40,073 nt of DNA from Desulfobacterales bacterium (GCA_024641825.1 JAHECI010000005.1:1-40073), one strand, 5' to 3'; positions 1 through 9,615 are shown, counted from the first letter of the stretch. A program made the numbers and translations. Notes: generated by a model not told the origin, from the sequence alone.

Positions 1-1137
1 GGGATCGGCGGATTCAGCCCGCTGACCGGTTTTATGACCCGAGCGGACTGGAAAGGGGTATGTGAAAATTTTCAGCTTGCCGATGGAACCTTCTGGCCAA
101 TTCCGGTCACTTTATCCGCGGGCAAGGACGATGCTGACAGCATCAAGGTCGGCGATGAAGTAGCGCTTTGTGATCCGGATACCGGTGACATAATGGGCAC
201 CATGAAGGTCACGGAAAAATTTGAAATGACCGAGGCCGACAAAAAGTTCGAATGTGAAAAAGTCTATATGGGTGAAGGTACCTCGACTGTCGAGGAATTC
301 TGGAAGATTGCCGGCGAAGATCATCCCGGCGTCCAGATGGTCATGGCCCAAAAAGAATTCAGCCTTGCCGGACCGGTCAAGGTTTTAAGCGAAGGTGAGT
401 ATCCGACCAAATATGCCGGCGTCTATATGCGGCCGGAACAATCCCGAAAAATCTTCGAAGAAAAAGGTTGGAGTGAAATTGCCGCCCTTCAGCTCAGGAA
501 TCCCATGCACCGATCCCATGAATACCTCTGCAAGATCGCAGTGGAAGTTTGTGACGGCGTGTACATTCACTCTCTGGTCGGAAACCTGAAACCCGGTGAC
601 ATTCCCGCCGAAGTTCGCGTAGAATGTATCGACGCCCTTGTGAAGAACTACTTTGTGGATAAAAATGTGGTCCAGGGCGGCTACCCGCTGGACATGCGGT
701 ATGCCGGTCCCAGGGAAGGCCTGCTCCACGCCACCTTCCGCCAAAATTACGGGTGCTCCCGAATGATTATCGGCCGAGACCATGCAGGCGTAGGCGATTT
801 CTACGGCATGTTCGAAGCCCAGACCATCTTTAACAAGATTCCAACCTCTGACGATCCTGGGAAAAATTTGCTTTGCCAGCCTTTAAAGATCGACTGGACA
901 TTCTACTGTTACAAGTGTGACGGCATGGCCTCACTCAGAACCTGTCCCCACGGCAAGGAAGACCGGGTTCTTCTGTCCGGAACCATGCTGCGGAAGATGC
1001 TTTCAGAGGGCGGAGAACTTCCCGATCACTTTGGACGTGATGAAGTGGTTGCAATCCTCAGGAAATACTACGAAGGGCTCACAGAAAAGGTCGAAATCAA
1101 GATGCACGGCGCCGCCACCGGCGATAGTAAAAAATAG
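1..1137 (+). CDS. sat: Sulfate adenylyltransferase (ATP sulfurylase), 5'-truncated by the window edge
   Basis: Frame is open from base 1 ([12 protein letters not shown]...). Motifs [26 protein letters not shown] and [10 protein letters not shown] are present. Adjacent to qmo/apr. Confidence 0.97.
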   Translation, partial: GIGGFSPLTGFMTRADWKGVCENFQLADGTFWPIPVTLSAGKDDADSIKVGDEVALCDPDTGDIMGTMKVTEKFEMTEADKKFECEKVYMGEGTSTVEEFWKIAGEDHPGVQMVMAQKEFSLAGPVKVLSEGEYPTKYAGVYMRPEQSRKIFEEKGWSEIAALQLRNPMHRSHEYLCKIAVEVCDGVYIHSLVGNLKPGDIPAEVRVECIDALVKNYFVDKNVVQGGYPLDMRYAGPREGLLHATFRQNYGCSRMIIGRDHAGVGDFYGMFEAQTIFNKIPTSDDPGKNLLCQPLKIDWTFYCYKCDGMASLRTCPHGKEDRVLLSGTMLRKMLSEGGELPDHFGRDEVVAILRKYYEGLTEKVEIKMHGAATGDSKK

Positions 1138-1175
1138 TCGAGCAACCGAAAATGGGTTAGTGTTGCCCGTTAAAT

Positions 1176-1210
1176 AAAAAAGGGGAGACGATGCGTCTCC
1201 CCTTTTTTTT
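1176..1210. terminator. Bidirectional rho-independent terminator between convergent sat and qmoC
   Basis: AAAAAAGGGGAGACG-ATG-CGTCTCCCCTTTTTTTT: GC-rich stem flanked by an A-run and a T-run. Confidence 0.88.
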
Positions 1211-1237
1211 ATTATTTTTTTAAAAACGCCAATTTTT

Positions 1238-1387
1238 GATGGCAAAGTAAAAAGTTTCAAATTCCCCCGCATAAAACCAGCGGGATAAAAAGGCGCGCAA
1301 ATTCCGAGGAACGAGGCGTACTCACAGTACGCCGCAGTGACGAGGAATGCAGCGCAACGCAGAAGTTGGACTTTTTACGAAGCCATC
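1238..1387. mobile_element. MITE-like element, family B (ends GAYRRNNNCGTAAAAAGTC...GACTTTTTACGAARCCRTC), copy 1
   Basis: Imperfect terminal inverted repeats GATGGCAAAGTAAAAAGT / ACTTTTTACGAAGCCATC. Related ends recur at 11641-11704 and 14818-15007. Abuts the qmoC stop codon. Confidence 0.7.
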
Positions 1388-1389
1388 AG

Positions 1390-2529
1390 TTATTGTCTTT
1401 TGGAGTACTCATTATATGTCATTGCCACCGTCCGGTAAACGAGATGGGCCAGTTTTGAGAACGGCAGGAATGCAAACAGGTTGAATACAAAAATCAAATG
1501 GATGAAATACATAAAATAGGTCAAACCGGCCAAACCGGCCAGCCGGGTTCCCTCTGTAAGTATACCGGTGACACCGAGCCCCAATACGAGCCCCAGCAAG
1601 TACCAATCCTTATAAGTGGAGGTCTGGTCTTTTTTCGCCAGACGGTTTTTAATCATTAAAGCACTTCCGATAATGAGGGCCACGCCGCTGGCATTTGCCA
1701 GCCATTTGACAGGATTCAACTGTGAATAAGGACCATGCTGCTGAAAAACATATAGGACAACAAAGAATATGTTGGTTACGATAAAAAGCCCCACAAACGA
1801 CCAGAATACCATGAGGTGGGCTGTGGCACGGTCTTTGTTTTCCGAACATTCAGAAAACTTGTCATGTTTTAATATGGTCGGCAAAATACCGGGCAGTGCC
1901 TTGACAAATCCGATAACATTGAATTCTTTATTCTCGGTCTTGCCTTCCAGGACGGCATTTTCATGGATATTTGCGATAAATCTTTTCAGGCCTAAAGCGA
2001 AAATCACAACCACCCAGATCGCCAATGGAACAAAGATCATATCCACCAGCCATGTGGAAAAGAACTGAGAATGCGAAATCCCGTGTTCACCCAATTCCGG
2101 TGAAAAATCGAGGAGACCTGTGATAAGGCCCAGTACAATAAAAATTACCACGGGAATGGCCATAAGGATAGGGAGTTTTTTGGGATCGTTGACCGCTTTT
2201 CCGATGGCTTTGGGTACGGCATACTCCGCAATGGCATAGGAACGAACAGCGCCCAGCACTTCACCCGGTTTTGCCCCCCGGGGACACAGGGTGGTGCAGT
2301 CCCCGCAATGATGGCACAGCCAGATGTCAAGGTTATTGACCAGTTTGTCCTTTAACCCCCAGGATGCCGCGATCATCTCTTTCCTCGGAAACGGCTTGGT
2401 GTCCGGAGAAATGGGGCAGGCCACCGAGCAGGTCGCACATTGAAAGCATTTTTTCAGGGTGTCGCCCCCGAGCCCGATGACTTCTTTAATAAAGCCGACA
2501 TCAGGCTCTATCAGGTATTTGTCTGTCAT
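1390..2529 (-). CDS. qmoC: Quinone-interacting membrane-bound oxidoreductase subunit C
   Basis: HdrC-like 2x[4Fe-4S] motifs (CFQCATCSVACP, CHHCGDCTTLCP) plus a multi-TM cytochrome b domain ending PFSKLAH. Start moved to ATG 2529, which has a GGAGG RBS. Confidence 0.95.
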   Translation of the reverse strand: MTDKYLIEPDVGFIKEVIGLGGDTLKKCFQCATCSVACPISPDTKPFPRKEMIAASWGLKDKLVNNLDIWLCHHCGDCTTLCPRGAKPGEVLGAVRSYAIAEYAVPKAIGKAVNDPKKLPILMAIPVVIFIVLGLITGLLDFSPELGEHGISHSQFFSTWLVDMIFVPLAIWVVVIFALGLKRFIANIHENAVLEGKTENKEFNVIGFVKALPGILPTILKHDKFSECSENKDRATAHLMVFWSFVGLFIVTNIFFVVLYVFQQHGPYSQLNPVKWLANASGVALIIGSALMIKNRLAKKDQTSTYKDWYLLGLVLGLGVTGILTEGTRLAGLAGLTYFMYFIHLIFVFNLFAFLPFSKLAHLVYRTVAMTYNEYSKRQ

Positions 2530-2560
2530 ATGGATACCTCCTGCTATTAAAAAAATGAAC

Positions 2561-2633
2561 ATTGACGATTGAAGATTTTTAATCTCATCTGGAGACCGAT
2601 TCAACCTTCAATCGCCAATTGAAAATCATCAAT
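2561..2633. repeat. 7-nt-periodic imperfect palindrome in the qmoB-qmoC spacer
   Basis: ATTGACG-ATTGAAG-ATTTT ... CAACCTT-CAATCGC-CAATTGA-AAATCAT-CAAT. Arms ATTGACGATTGAAG / CTTCAATCGCCAAT pair at 13 of 14 positions. Confidence 0.6.
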
Positions 2634-2635
2634 CC

Positions 2636-4972
2636 CTAAAATCCCTTGAACGGATTCGGACCCAGCTCTTCAACTTCTTCTACAAAGTCATTGATCATTT
2701 TGGGAAGCTTGTCATACTCGTCGATGGCAATCGTAAACTGGGTCACCCGTTCTTCTTCCAGGGCCAGGCTTGACAGCGCGTCACCGATTTTCTGCATTCT
2801 GATGTCCGAAAGTTCGCTCCCTTTAATAAAATGGCACTGGTAGTCGTCGCCGTGTTGGCAACCCAACAGAAAAGCCCCGTCCATACCCTGGGCCAGGGCG
2901 TCTTTGATCCAGATGACATTCATGGAACCCAAACAACGAATGGGAATAAACCGAACGTCGGCGGAGTAGACAAGCCGGTTCAAACCGGCGATGTCCAGCG
3001 CCGGATAGGCGTCGTTTTCACACACAAACCCGACAATCCGGAACGGGGGCTCGTCATAATCGTCTTCTGAAGGCACGCCGATGGCTTTGACCATGGAACC
3101 GACACTGTCGATGTTATAATCGGCAAAACCGATGATACGCTCGGGACAGGCGCCCATACAGGTACCGCACCGTCGGCAGCGGGCCGGATTCGGCTTGGGG
3201 GTTCCCTTTTCATCATCATCCAGGGCCCCGAAGGGACATTCTTCGGTACATCGCTTACACTGGGTGCATCTCTGGAAGAAAAAATCCGGAAATGTCATAT
3301 CCCCGGACCTGGGATGGACGGAAACGCCGCGGTTTACCGATTCAATGCACTGGATTGCTTTGAGGGCGGCACCGGTGGCATCTTCCATGGATTCTTCTAT
3401 GGTCATGCTTCGCCGAACGGCGCCGGCCGCATAAATGCCGGTCCGCTGGGTTTCATAAGGAAAGCAGATATAATTGGAATCGCAGTAGCCGTCGAAAAGA
3501 CCGATATCCCGGAACGCCGGGCCCTGCCGATACGCCAGGTTGACCACCGGATCATCAACGGTAGCCGGAACCATACCGGCCGCCAGCACCACCAAATCGG
3601 CCTTGACTTTGACCTTTTCTCCCAAAAGGGTGTTATCGGCTTCGACAATCATGCCGTCGCCGTTTTTGGAAACATTGATCACTTCCCCTTTGGTCATGAA
3701 GATCCCTTCATCCTGCTGGATACTTTTGTAAAAATTTTCCAAAAGGCCGGGTGTCCGCATGTGCTGGTAAAAGATATAGGCCTTGCCGTCGTCATAATCT
3801 TCGCGGACATATTTGGCCTGCTTTAACGATACAAGGCTTGTGACCGAACCGCAGTAGTCAAAGTCGGCATCATCATCTCCTTTGCCGGGACTCTGAACAA
3901 AAACAACCGACTTGGCTTCTTTACCGCCCGAGGTGACGATCTTGCCTTGGGCCGCCATCTCCTCAAATTTGTGGTTGGTAACGACATCCGGAAGTAAACC
4001 GTATCCGAGATGTTCGAGTTCACCGGCTTCGGGTTCAAAGGGGCGCCAACCGGCAGCCAGCACAACGGCACCGAATTTTTCACCATCGGGATCGAACTTC
4101 AGAATATCGAGCTTGCCCTCGTTGTACTCCAGATAACGCTTATGTTGTGCTTCAACATCCAGTTCTTTACCGTTCTCATCGAACTTCATTTTTTCCGGAA
4201 GCGGGAAAGGAACGTCAAACTTCATTTTTTCACCGGGTTTTTTAAGCGTTACGGTGAAATCCCCGGGCTCACCGGCGATACGGGCAACGATGGTTTCGGT
4301 TTTAACGGTAATACTGTCAAAGGCTTCAAGTTCTTTGATTTTGCTTTCAATAACCGGTGGCACCAGGTTTTCATAAGGATCGCCGGTGGGCAGCTGTTTG
4401 CGAATTTTGGCTGCATAGCCGCCAATTGCCGATTCTTTTTCGACAATGGTGACGTCATAACCGGCCTTGGCTGCATCCAGGGCCGCTGAAATCCCGGTGA
4501 TACCGCCGCCGATGACCAGGATTTTTCTGCTCAGGGCTTCCAGCTTGTACGGCTCCGGCAGCTTGATTTTTTCAACCTTGGCCATTCCCATTTTCAGATA
4601 ATCTTCGGCCAGCATCTGAAGGCGGTCAAAGTGTTCTTCATCGTCTTTTTGCTCTTCAGTCAGGGCGGGAAATTCGGATCTGGGATGGGACCAGACCGTC
4701 TGTTCGCGTAAGTTCACCCGGTCGACGATACAGCCCTCAAAGTTAAACACATCATAATTGACCCGGCGGGAACAGGCCGCAATAACCAAGGTGTTGTACC
4801 CATCGTCGGCGATACCCTTTTTGATGAGTTCAACCCCTTCCTTTCCGCATAAGAAAGGATGCGTTTTAACCGGATAACCTTCTTCTTCCGGGACTTCGCA
4901 CAGCGCTTCCATATCAAGGGCATCCCCGATGCCGCATCCTGTGCAAATATATACACAATACTTTTTATCCAT
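2636..4972 (-). CDS. qmoB: Quinone-interacting membrane-bound oxidoreductase subunit B (HdrA-like FAD/FeS plus MvhD-like domain)
   Basis: VIGGGITG FAD motif; CTQCKRCTEECP and CRRCGTCMGACP ferredoxin motifs; C-terminal MvhD-like region (CENDAYPALD...RCLGS...CHF); position in the operon. Confidence 0.96.
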   Translation of the reverse strand: MDKKYCVYICTGCGIGDALDMEALCEVPEEEGYPVKTHPFLCGKEGVELIKKGIADDGYNTLVIAACSRRVNYDVFNFEGCIVDRVNLREQTVWSHPRSEFPALTEEQKDDEEHFDRLQMLAEDYLKMGMAKVEKIKLPEPYKLEALSRKILVIGGGITGISAALDAAKAGYDVTIVEKESAIGGYAAKIRKQLPTGDPYENLVPPVIESKIKELEAFDSITVKTETIVARIAGEPGDFTVTLKKPGEKMKFDVPFPLPEKMKFDENGKELDVEAQHKRYLEYNEGKLDILKFDPDGEKFGAVVLAAGWRPFEPEAGELEHLGYGLLPDVVTNHKFEEMAAQGKIVTSGGKEAKSVVFVQSPGKGDDDADFDYCGSVTSLVSLKQAKYVREDYDDGKAYIFYQHMRTPGLLENFYKSIQQDEGIFMTKGEVINVSKNGDGMIVEADNTLLGEKVKVKADLVVLAAGMVPATVDDPVVNLAYRQGPAFRDIGLFDGYCDSNYICFPYETQRTGIYAAGAVRRSMTIEESMEDATGAALKAIQCIESVNRGVSVHPRSGDMTFPDFFFQRCTQCKRCTEECPFGALDDDEKGTPKPNPARCRRCGTCMGACPERIIGFADYNIDSVGSMVKAIGVPSEDDYDEPPFRIVGFVCENDAYPALDIAGLNRLVYSADVRFIPIRCLGSMNVIWIKDALAQGMDGAFLLGCQHGDDYQCHFIKGSELSDIRMQKIGDALSSLALEEERVTQFTIAIDEYDKLPKMINDFVEEVEELGPNPFKGF

Positions 4973-4982
4973 GAATAACCTC

Positions 4983-6260
4983 CTACTTCCTCACCAGGGT
5001 TTGAATCGCTTTAAGGGCCATTCCGGTGGCATTCTGGTTTGACGAAACCACATCTGCCGGTTTGTTGGCACATCCTGCAGCAAACATGCCACCTTTTTCA
5101 AAGTCGTTGATGATAAAGCCGTCTTCGTTATATTTCAGATCGGAAGGCAGTTTGTCTATCGCTGCTGTCGGCTGCATACCGGTGGCAAGGACTGCCATTT
5201 CAACGGTTTGCTTGATCTTTTCACCAGTGACTGCATTTTCTGCAACCACGGTGATATTGCCGGTCCCTGGATCTTCACTCACTTCGGCAACCTTGCCTTT
5301 GATTAGAAAGACATTTTCATCGTCTTTGATGGTCCGGTAAAATTTCTCATACCGCTGGCCCGGTGATCGGATATCGATATAAAAGATATAAACCTTGGCG
5401 TCCGGATAGGCTTCCCGAATGTAGGTGGCCTGCTTCAAAGAGGCCATACAGCAGATATATGAACAATATGGAAGATAGTTTTCATCTCTGGAGCCGGCGC
5501 ACTGGACAAATGCAATGCTCTCGGGTTCCTTGTCGTCCGACGGACGGATAATTTTCCCTTTGGTCGGACCGTTGGGAGACGCAAGTCTTTCCATCATCAT
5601 GTTGGTAATAACATTCGGATATTGCCCGAAACCGAGATTGTCAATCTTGGTGGCGTCATAAGGCTCCCACCCTGTAGCCCAGACGATGGCACCCACTTTA
5701 AGGTTGGTGGTTACGGCCGCCATGTCGAGATCGACGGCATCGTATTTACAGGCTTCCTTACATTTTTGGGCATCCTCGGTTCCGATAATTTGAGGAGAAA
5801 TTACATAACGGGTCGGAAACGCCATTTCAAACGGCAGATACGCCCCCTTGATCTTGTTCATTCCAAAATTGAAATCACTGGAAATTTCAGTTTCACAGGC
5901 CGCCTCACAATCGCCGCAGCAGGTACAGTTTTCATTGACATATCTGGGGCTCGACTTGACTGCAACCTCATAACTCCCCGGCGTGCCCTCGACCTTTTCA
6001 ACCTCAGCCTGTGTTAAAACGGTTATTCTCGGATTATCTTTTATCCTCCGGAAATTGATTTCCAGACCACAGCTCGGAGGACATAGCTTGGGAAAATATT
6101 TATTTAGCTGTGCCACTCTTCCGCCTAAGTAAGGATTTTTTTCCACCAAAAACACGTCGTATCCGACTTCGGCAGCTTCGAGGGCCGTGGTCAAGCCGCT
6201 TATCCCTCCTCCAACAACCAAAATGCTCCCGTTTGAAGGGGCTGCTTTGTTTTCTGTCAT
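4983..6260 (-). CDS. qmoA: Quinone-interacting membrane-bound oxidoreductase subunit A (HdrA-like flavoprotein)
   Basis: VVGGGISGLTTALEAAE, YFPKLCPPSCGLE and QCAGSRD...YCSYICC motifs; directly downstream of aprA. Confidence 0.96.
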   Translation of the reverse strand: MTENKAAPSNGSILVVGGGISGLTTALEAAEVGYDVFLVEKNPYLGGRVAQLNKYFPKLCPPSCGLEINFRRIKDNPRITVLTQAEVEKVEGTPGSYEVAVKSSPRYVNENCTCCGDCEAACETEISSDFNFGMNKIKGAYLPFEMAFPTRYVISPQIIGTEDAQKCKEACKYDAVDLDMAAVTTNLKVGAIVWATGWEPYDATKIDNLGFGQYPNVITNMMMERLASPNGPTKGKIIRPSDDKEPESIAFVQCAGSRDENYLPYCSYICCMASLKQATYIREAYPDAKVYIFYIDIRSPGQRYEKFYRTIKDDENVFLIKGKVAEVSEDPGTGNITVVAENAVTGEKIKQTVEMAVLATGMQPTAAIDKLPSDLKYNEDGFIINDFEKGGMFAAGCANKPADVVSSNQNATGMALKAIQTLVRK

Positions 6261-6361
6261 GCTATCCCTCCGTACAATATAAATTCAGTGATCCTGACCG
6301 TCGTGGAGCCTGTATAGGGCTCGGAATGTTGTTTGAATAGTTGAGTGATGCTGTCCAGGGA

Positions 6362-6452
6362 GAGTGATGAAGTGATGGCGTGATGGCGTAATGCATTTAA
6401 TGGAAGCGCTGAAATTTCTGATTTTCCATCCAATACTCCAAATTAACCAATA
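6362..6452. repeat. 8-nt-periodic degenerate repeat in the aprA-qmoA spacer
   Basis: GAGTGATG-AAGTGATG-GCGTGATG-GCGTAATG followed by a loosely complementary arm CCATCCAATACTCCAAATTAACCAATA. Confidence 0.5.
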
Positions 6453-6532
6453 TGAAAAATCCCTGGATACCACCCAAATTCCTGCGTGTCAGAAGTTCTG
6501 AAGTTCAGGGGTTTAAAAAAAACGATATCGAA

Positions 6533-6571
6533 TTAATAAAAACCTCCAGGCGTCTTTAAGACGCCTGGAGG
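6533..6571 (-). terminator. Rho-independent terminator downstream of aprA
   Basis: Perfect 13-bp stem CCTCCAGGCGTCT-TTA-AGACGCCTGGAGG, followed on the minus strand by TTTTTATTAA. Confidence 0.8.
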
Positions 6572-6602
6572 CGTATCAGATTAGGTTAAAACCGATTCAG
6601 CA

Positions 6603-8576
6603 TTAATCAGGGATGATCTTGATGTAATCTTTCTTGAAGATATCCCATTCTTTTGCCTTGGGATCAAACTTGGAGTTGACGAAGCAGAACCAGTTCTCGT
6701 CATCCTGTCCCGGATAGTCGGCCTGATAGTAGAATCCCGGATAACGGGTTTCTTTGCGGTACTGGATGTGACGCAGGTGAGACTCGACCGTCCAGATGCG
6801 GTGCTCGATTTCCCAGCAGCGCATCAGCTCATGGAGGTCACCGGCAGCCAGCTTTTCACAGTCTTCGCGCATCATCAAGAGCATATCCATGATGATTTCC
6901 AGACTCTTGGAACTGGTCATGTAGTAGGTGGCCGTACCGGCGCCATACTCATGGGTAGCCTTCATCAAACGATACATCATCCCTTCGGGTTTGAGATAAT
7001 TGGGGTTGATATTGATGGCCGTGGTATAATCTTTATGCTCAAGGAATGTTCTCACCGGCTTGTAAATCAGGTCCACCAGCTCTTCCTTGGACTGGCTAAG
7101 GGTCGGTTTAAAGTCGGCATTGTCACGTACAAACCGGGCCATGGATTTGGCGCAAATACGCCCTTCTGCATGGGAACCGGAGGAGAATTTGTGACCGGAA
7201 GCACCCACACCGTCACCGGAGGTAAACAGGCCGTTGACCGTGGTCATGCGGTTGTACACCTTGCCTTTGTAGCGGATTTTGTAGGCATCGGGGATCCAGT
7301 CATAATCAGGTCCGGAGGTCCACAGCCCGCAGCAGCCGGAATGGGATCCCAGCAGATACGGCTCAGTGGGCATAATCTCTGAGGTCTTCTTGTCCGGCTC
7401 GGTGTTCGTGCCGCACCACAGGTTGGCCTGTCCGCAGGTCATATCCAGGAAGTTTTCCCAGGCTTCTGATTCCAGGGCCTTCATTTCTTTCTTGTCCAGC
7501 TTTCCACCCATTTCTTTAAGGGCTGTGACCGTATCCATCATGACCGGGCCGCGGCCTTCCTTCATCTCAAAGAGCATCAGGTGGTTTCGGAGACAGGTGG
7601 GCGTAATGGCGGCGGTTCCGTAAGGTGCATATCTCTGAAGCTCTTTTTTGGCGGCGTCACTGCCCACGTAGCCTTCACCCAGGCCGTTGACGGTTTTGGC
7701 CTTGAAGAGCAAGAACCAGGCGCCGACCGGGCCGTAACCGTCTTTGTAACGGGACGGGGTGAAACGGTTTTCCATCATGGTAAGCTCGGCACCGACCTTC
7801 ATGCACATGGTGTAGGTGGAACCTGCGTTCCAAACCGGATACCAGGCACGGCCTTTTCCTTCACCGACGCTGCGGGGCTGGTAGATGTTTACAGCACCGC
7901 CGCAGGCAACCATCATGGTGTTGCATTTAATAATGAAGACTTTGTTTTCACGAACGGAAAAACCGACCGCGCCGGCGATTCTGTTTTCTTCATTGGCGTC
8001 CAGAAGAAGCTCGACGATAAAGCAACGTTCCAGAATATTTTCGTCGCCAAGGGCCAGCTTGGCAGCTTCGGCAACGATTCTTTTGTAGGATTCGCCGTTA
8101 ATCATGATCTGCCATTTTCCGGTACGGACAGGTTTGGCGCCACCCTTTAAGGTCCCCATTTTCAGGCCTTTTTTACCGTCCATTTTCTTTCCGTCGTCGG
8201 ACAGTTTCCACATGGGAAGGCCCCATTCCTCGAACAGAAATACGGAATCGTCCACGTGACAGCCCAGATCAAAGATAAGGTCTTCACGGACAATGCCCAT
8301 GAGGTCGTTGCGGACCATACGGACATAGTCATCGGGCGTATTCTCGCCGATGTAGGTGTTGATTGCTGAAAGCCCCTGGGCAACAGCGCCACTACGCTCC
8401 ATAGCAGCTTTGTCACACAGCAGGATTTTTGCGTCAGGTGCCCATTTCTTAACCTCGAAAGCAGTTCCGCAGGCAGCCATGCCGCCGCCTACGATCAGAA
8501 TATCAACTTCGCGCTCTTCAACTTCCGGATCCCTGACAGCTTTGAGTTCTCCCAAAGGTTTATTCGGTAATGCCAT
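6603..8576 (-). CDS. aprA: Adenylylsulfate (APS) reductase alpha subunit
   Basis: RSGAVAQGLSAINTY, WQIMINGESYK, GRAWYPVWNAGS and GHKFSSGSHAEGR signatures. Confidence 0.99.
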   Translation of the reverse strand: MALPNKPLGELKAVRDPEVEEREVDILIVGGGMAACGTAFEVKKWAPDAKILLCDKAAMERSGAVAQGLSAINTYIGENTPDDYVRMVRNDLMGIVREDLIFDLGCHVDDSVFLFEEWGLPMWKLSDDGKKMDGKKGLKMGTLKGGAKPVRTGKWQIMINGESYKRIVAEAAKLALGDENILERCFIVELLLDANEENRIAGAVGFSVRENKVFIIKCNTMMVACGGAVNIYQPRSVGEGKGRAWYPVWNAGSTYTMCMKVGAELTMMENRFTPSRYKDGYGPVGAWFLLFKAKTVNGLGEGYVGSDAAKKELQRYAPYGTAAITPTCLRNHLMLFEMKEGRGPVMMDTVTALKEMGGKLDKKEMKALESEAWENFLDMTCGQANLWCGTNTEPDKKTSEIMPTEPYLLGSHSGCCGLWTSGPDYDWIPDAYKIRYKGKVYNRMTTVNGLFTSGDGVGASGHKFSSGSHAEGRICAKSMARFVRDNADFKPTLSQSKEELVDLIYKPVRTFLEHKDYTTAININPNYLKPEGMMYRLMKATHEYGAGTATYYMTSSKSLEIIMDMLLMMREDCEKLAAGDLHELMRCWEIEHRIWTVESHLRHIQYRKETRYPGFYYQADYPGQDDENWFCFVNSKFDPKAKEWDIFKKDYIKIIPD

Positions 8577-8645
8577 GTTATATCCTCCTTAATCAAAATA
8601 TTCTAAATTGATCATCAAACCGTAGTTTTGAAAACCCGTTACCGC

Positions 8646-9083
8646 TTAAACAGTTGCCTGCGGTTTTGGAATTTCATAACCATCTGCCTCTTGGGTGGAA
8701 AGTAGCTCGCTGTCAAGATTTTTGCCTGCGAGATCAAGATACGCATTGGCAGCGCCTTCAGGCGTTGTCCGGATGGGGAACTTAAAGCGCTTGATGGTTC
8801 CGTTCCTGAACTTACAGGTCCACATGACATCCTCGGTTCCAAGCATCGGCATAATGCTGCTTCCCAGCGGTACAAAGTCGGCATAACCTCTGACTTCGAT
8901 TGCCTGGGTGGGGCAGATCTTGACGCATGAAAAACATTCCCAGCACTGATCAGGCTCCTGATTGTAAGCCTTCATTTCATTGGGTTCCAGAACCATCAGG
9001 TCGTTGGGGCAAATGTACATGCACGCGGTCTTGTCCCCGCCTTTGCAGCCATCGCATTTTTCGGTAATTACGAAACTTGGCAT
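8646..9083 (-). CDS. aprB: Adenylylsulfate reductase beta subunit
   Basis: MPSFV..CDGCKGGDKTACMYICPNDLM, CWECFSCVKICP and RFKFPIRTT; AGGAGGT RBS at 9090-9096. Confidence 0.99.
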   Translation of the reverse strand: MPSFVITEKCDGCKGGDKTACMYICPNDLMVLEPNEMKAYNQEPDQCWECFSCVKICPTQAIEVRGYADFVPLGSSIMPMLGTEDVMWTCKFRNGTIKRFKFPIRTTPEGAANAYLDLAGKNLDSELLSTQEADGYEIPKPQATV

Positions 9084-9272
9084 TTAGTTACCTCCTAATT
9101 TTGTTTTGAAAATAATTCAGCATTTCAATCGGTTCTAAATAGTCTCTGGTACAATTTCTAGGCTATTTGCACCTCCCTTCATAATCTTGGCCCAACGGGC
9201 CGTCTTTTCTTAAGTGTAAAAATCCCTATTCTTATTTTCTAAATCACCTTTCCAAGTGATAAAAAGTTCAGG

Positions 9273-9301
9273 TTGACAAGGTAAATAATTTTCTATAAAA
9301 T
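9273..9301 (+). promoter_or_regulatory. Sigma70-type promoter candidate firing toward ykgJ/SDR (away from aprB)
   Basis: TTGACA (9273-9278), 17 nt, TAAAAT (9296-9301). Confidence 0.55.
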
Positions 9302-9337
9302 CAACAAGATAGCAATGAACCTAAAAGTCAAAAAATT

Positions 9338-9366
9338 TAAATAACAATTAACATTATCCTTGTCAA
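9338..9366 (-). promoter_or_regulatory. Sigma70-type promoter candidate for aprBA
   Basis: Minus strand TTGACA (9366-9361), 17 nt, TATTTA preceded by TGn. The -10 element is weak. Confidence 0.4.
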
Positions 9367-9424
9367 GGACTTTTGGATAAACTAAATTATTAATTTATAA
9401 CCCATAGAATCATCCGTTTGCCAG

Positions 9425-9471
9425 ATCCTATATATAGTCAACAATACTTCGTCATATACCACATGTTGTGG
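9425..9471. promoter_or_regulatory. Tandem NrdR-box-like operator
   Basis: ATCCTATATATAGTCA (9425-9440) and ATACCACATGTTGTGG (9456-9471). Both keep the core positions of acaCwAtATaTwGtgt and start 31 bp apart. Confidence 0.65.
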
Positions 9472-9615
9472 TTAATAGGATTCAGGTTGTGTGTTTCATT
9501 CAGCTAATGAATTTCATACAGAATTTTACAGAATTTTGCTGCTTGTCGAACGGTAAACGTACCAATCATACAGTTTACAAGACACGAACTCGAACAAGGG
9601 AGGCGGTGCCCGCCG

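Noticed and set aside
2636-6260. Selenocysteine recoding in HdrA/MvhD-like Qmo subunits
   Set aside because: Both ORFs are full length with no in-frame TGA; Cys occupies the expected positions.
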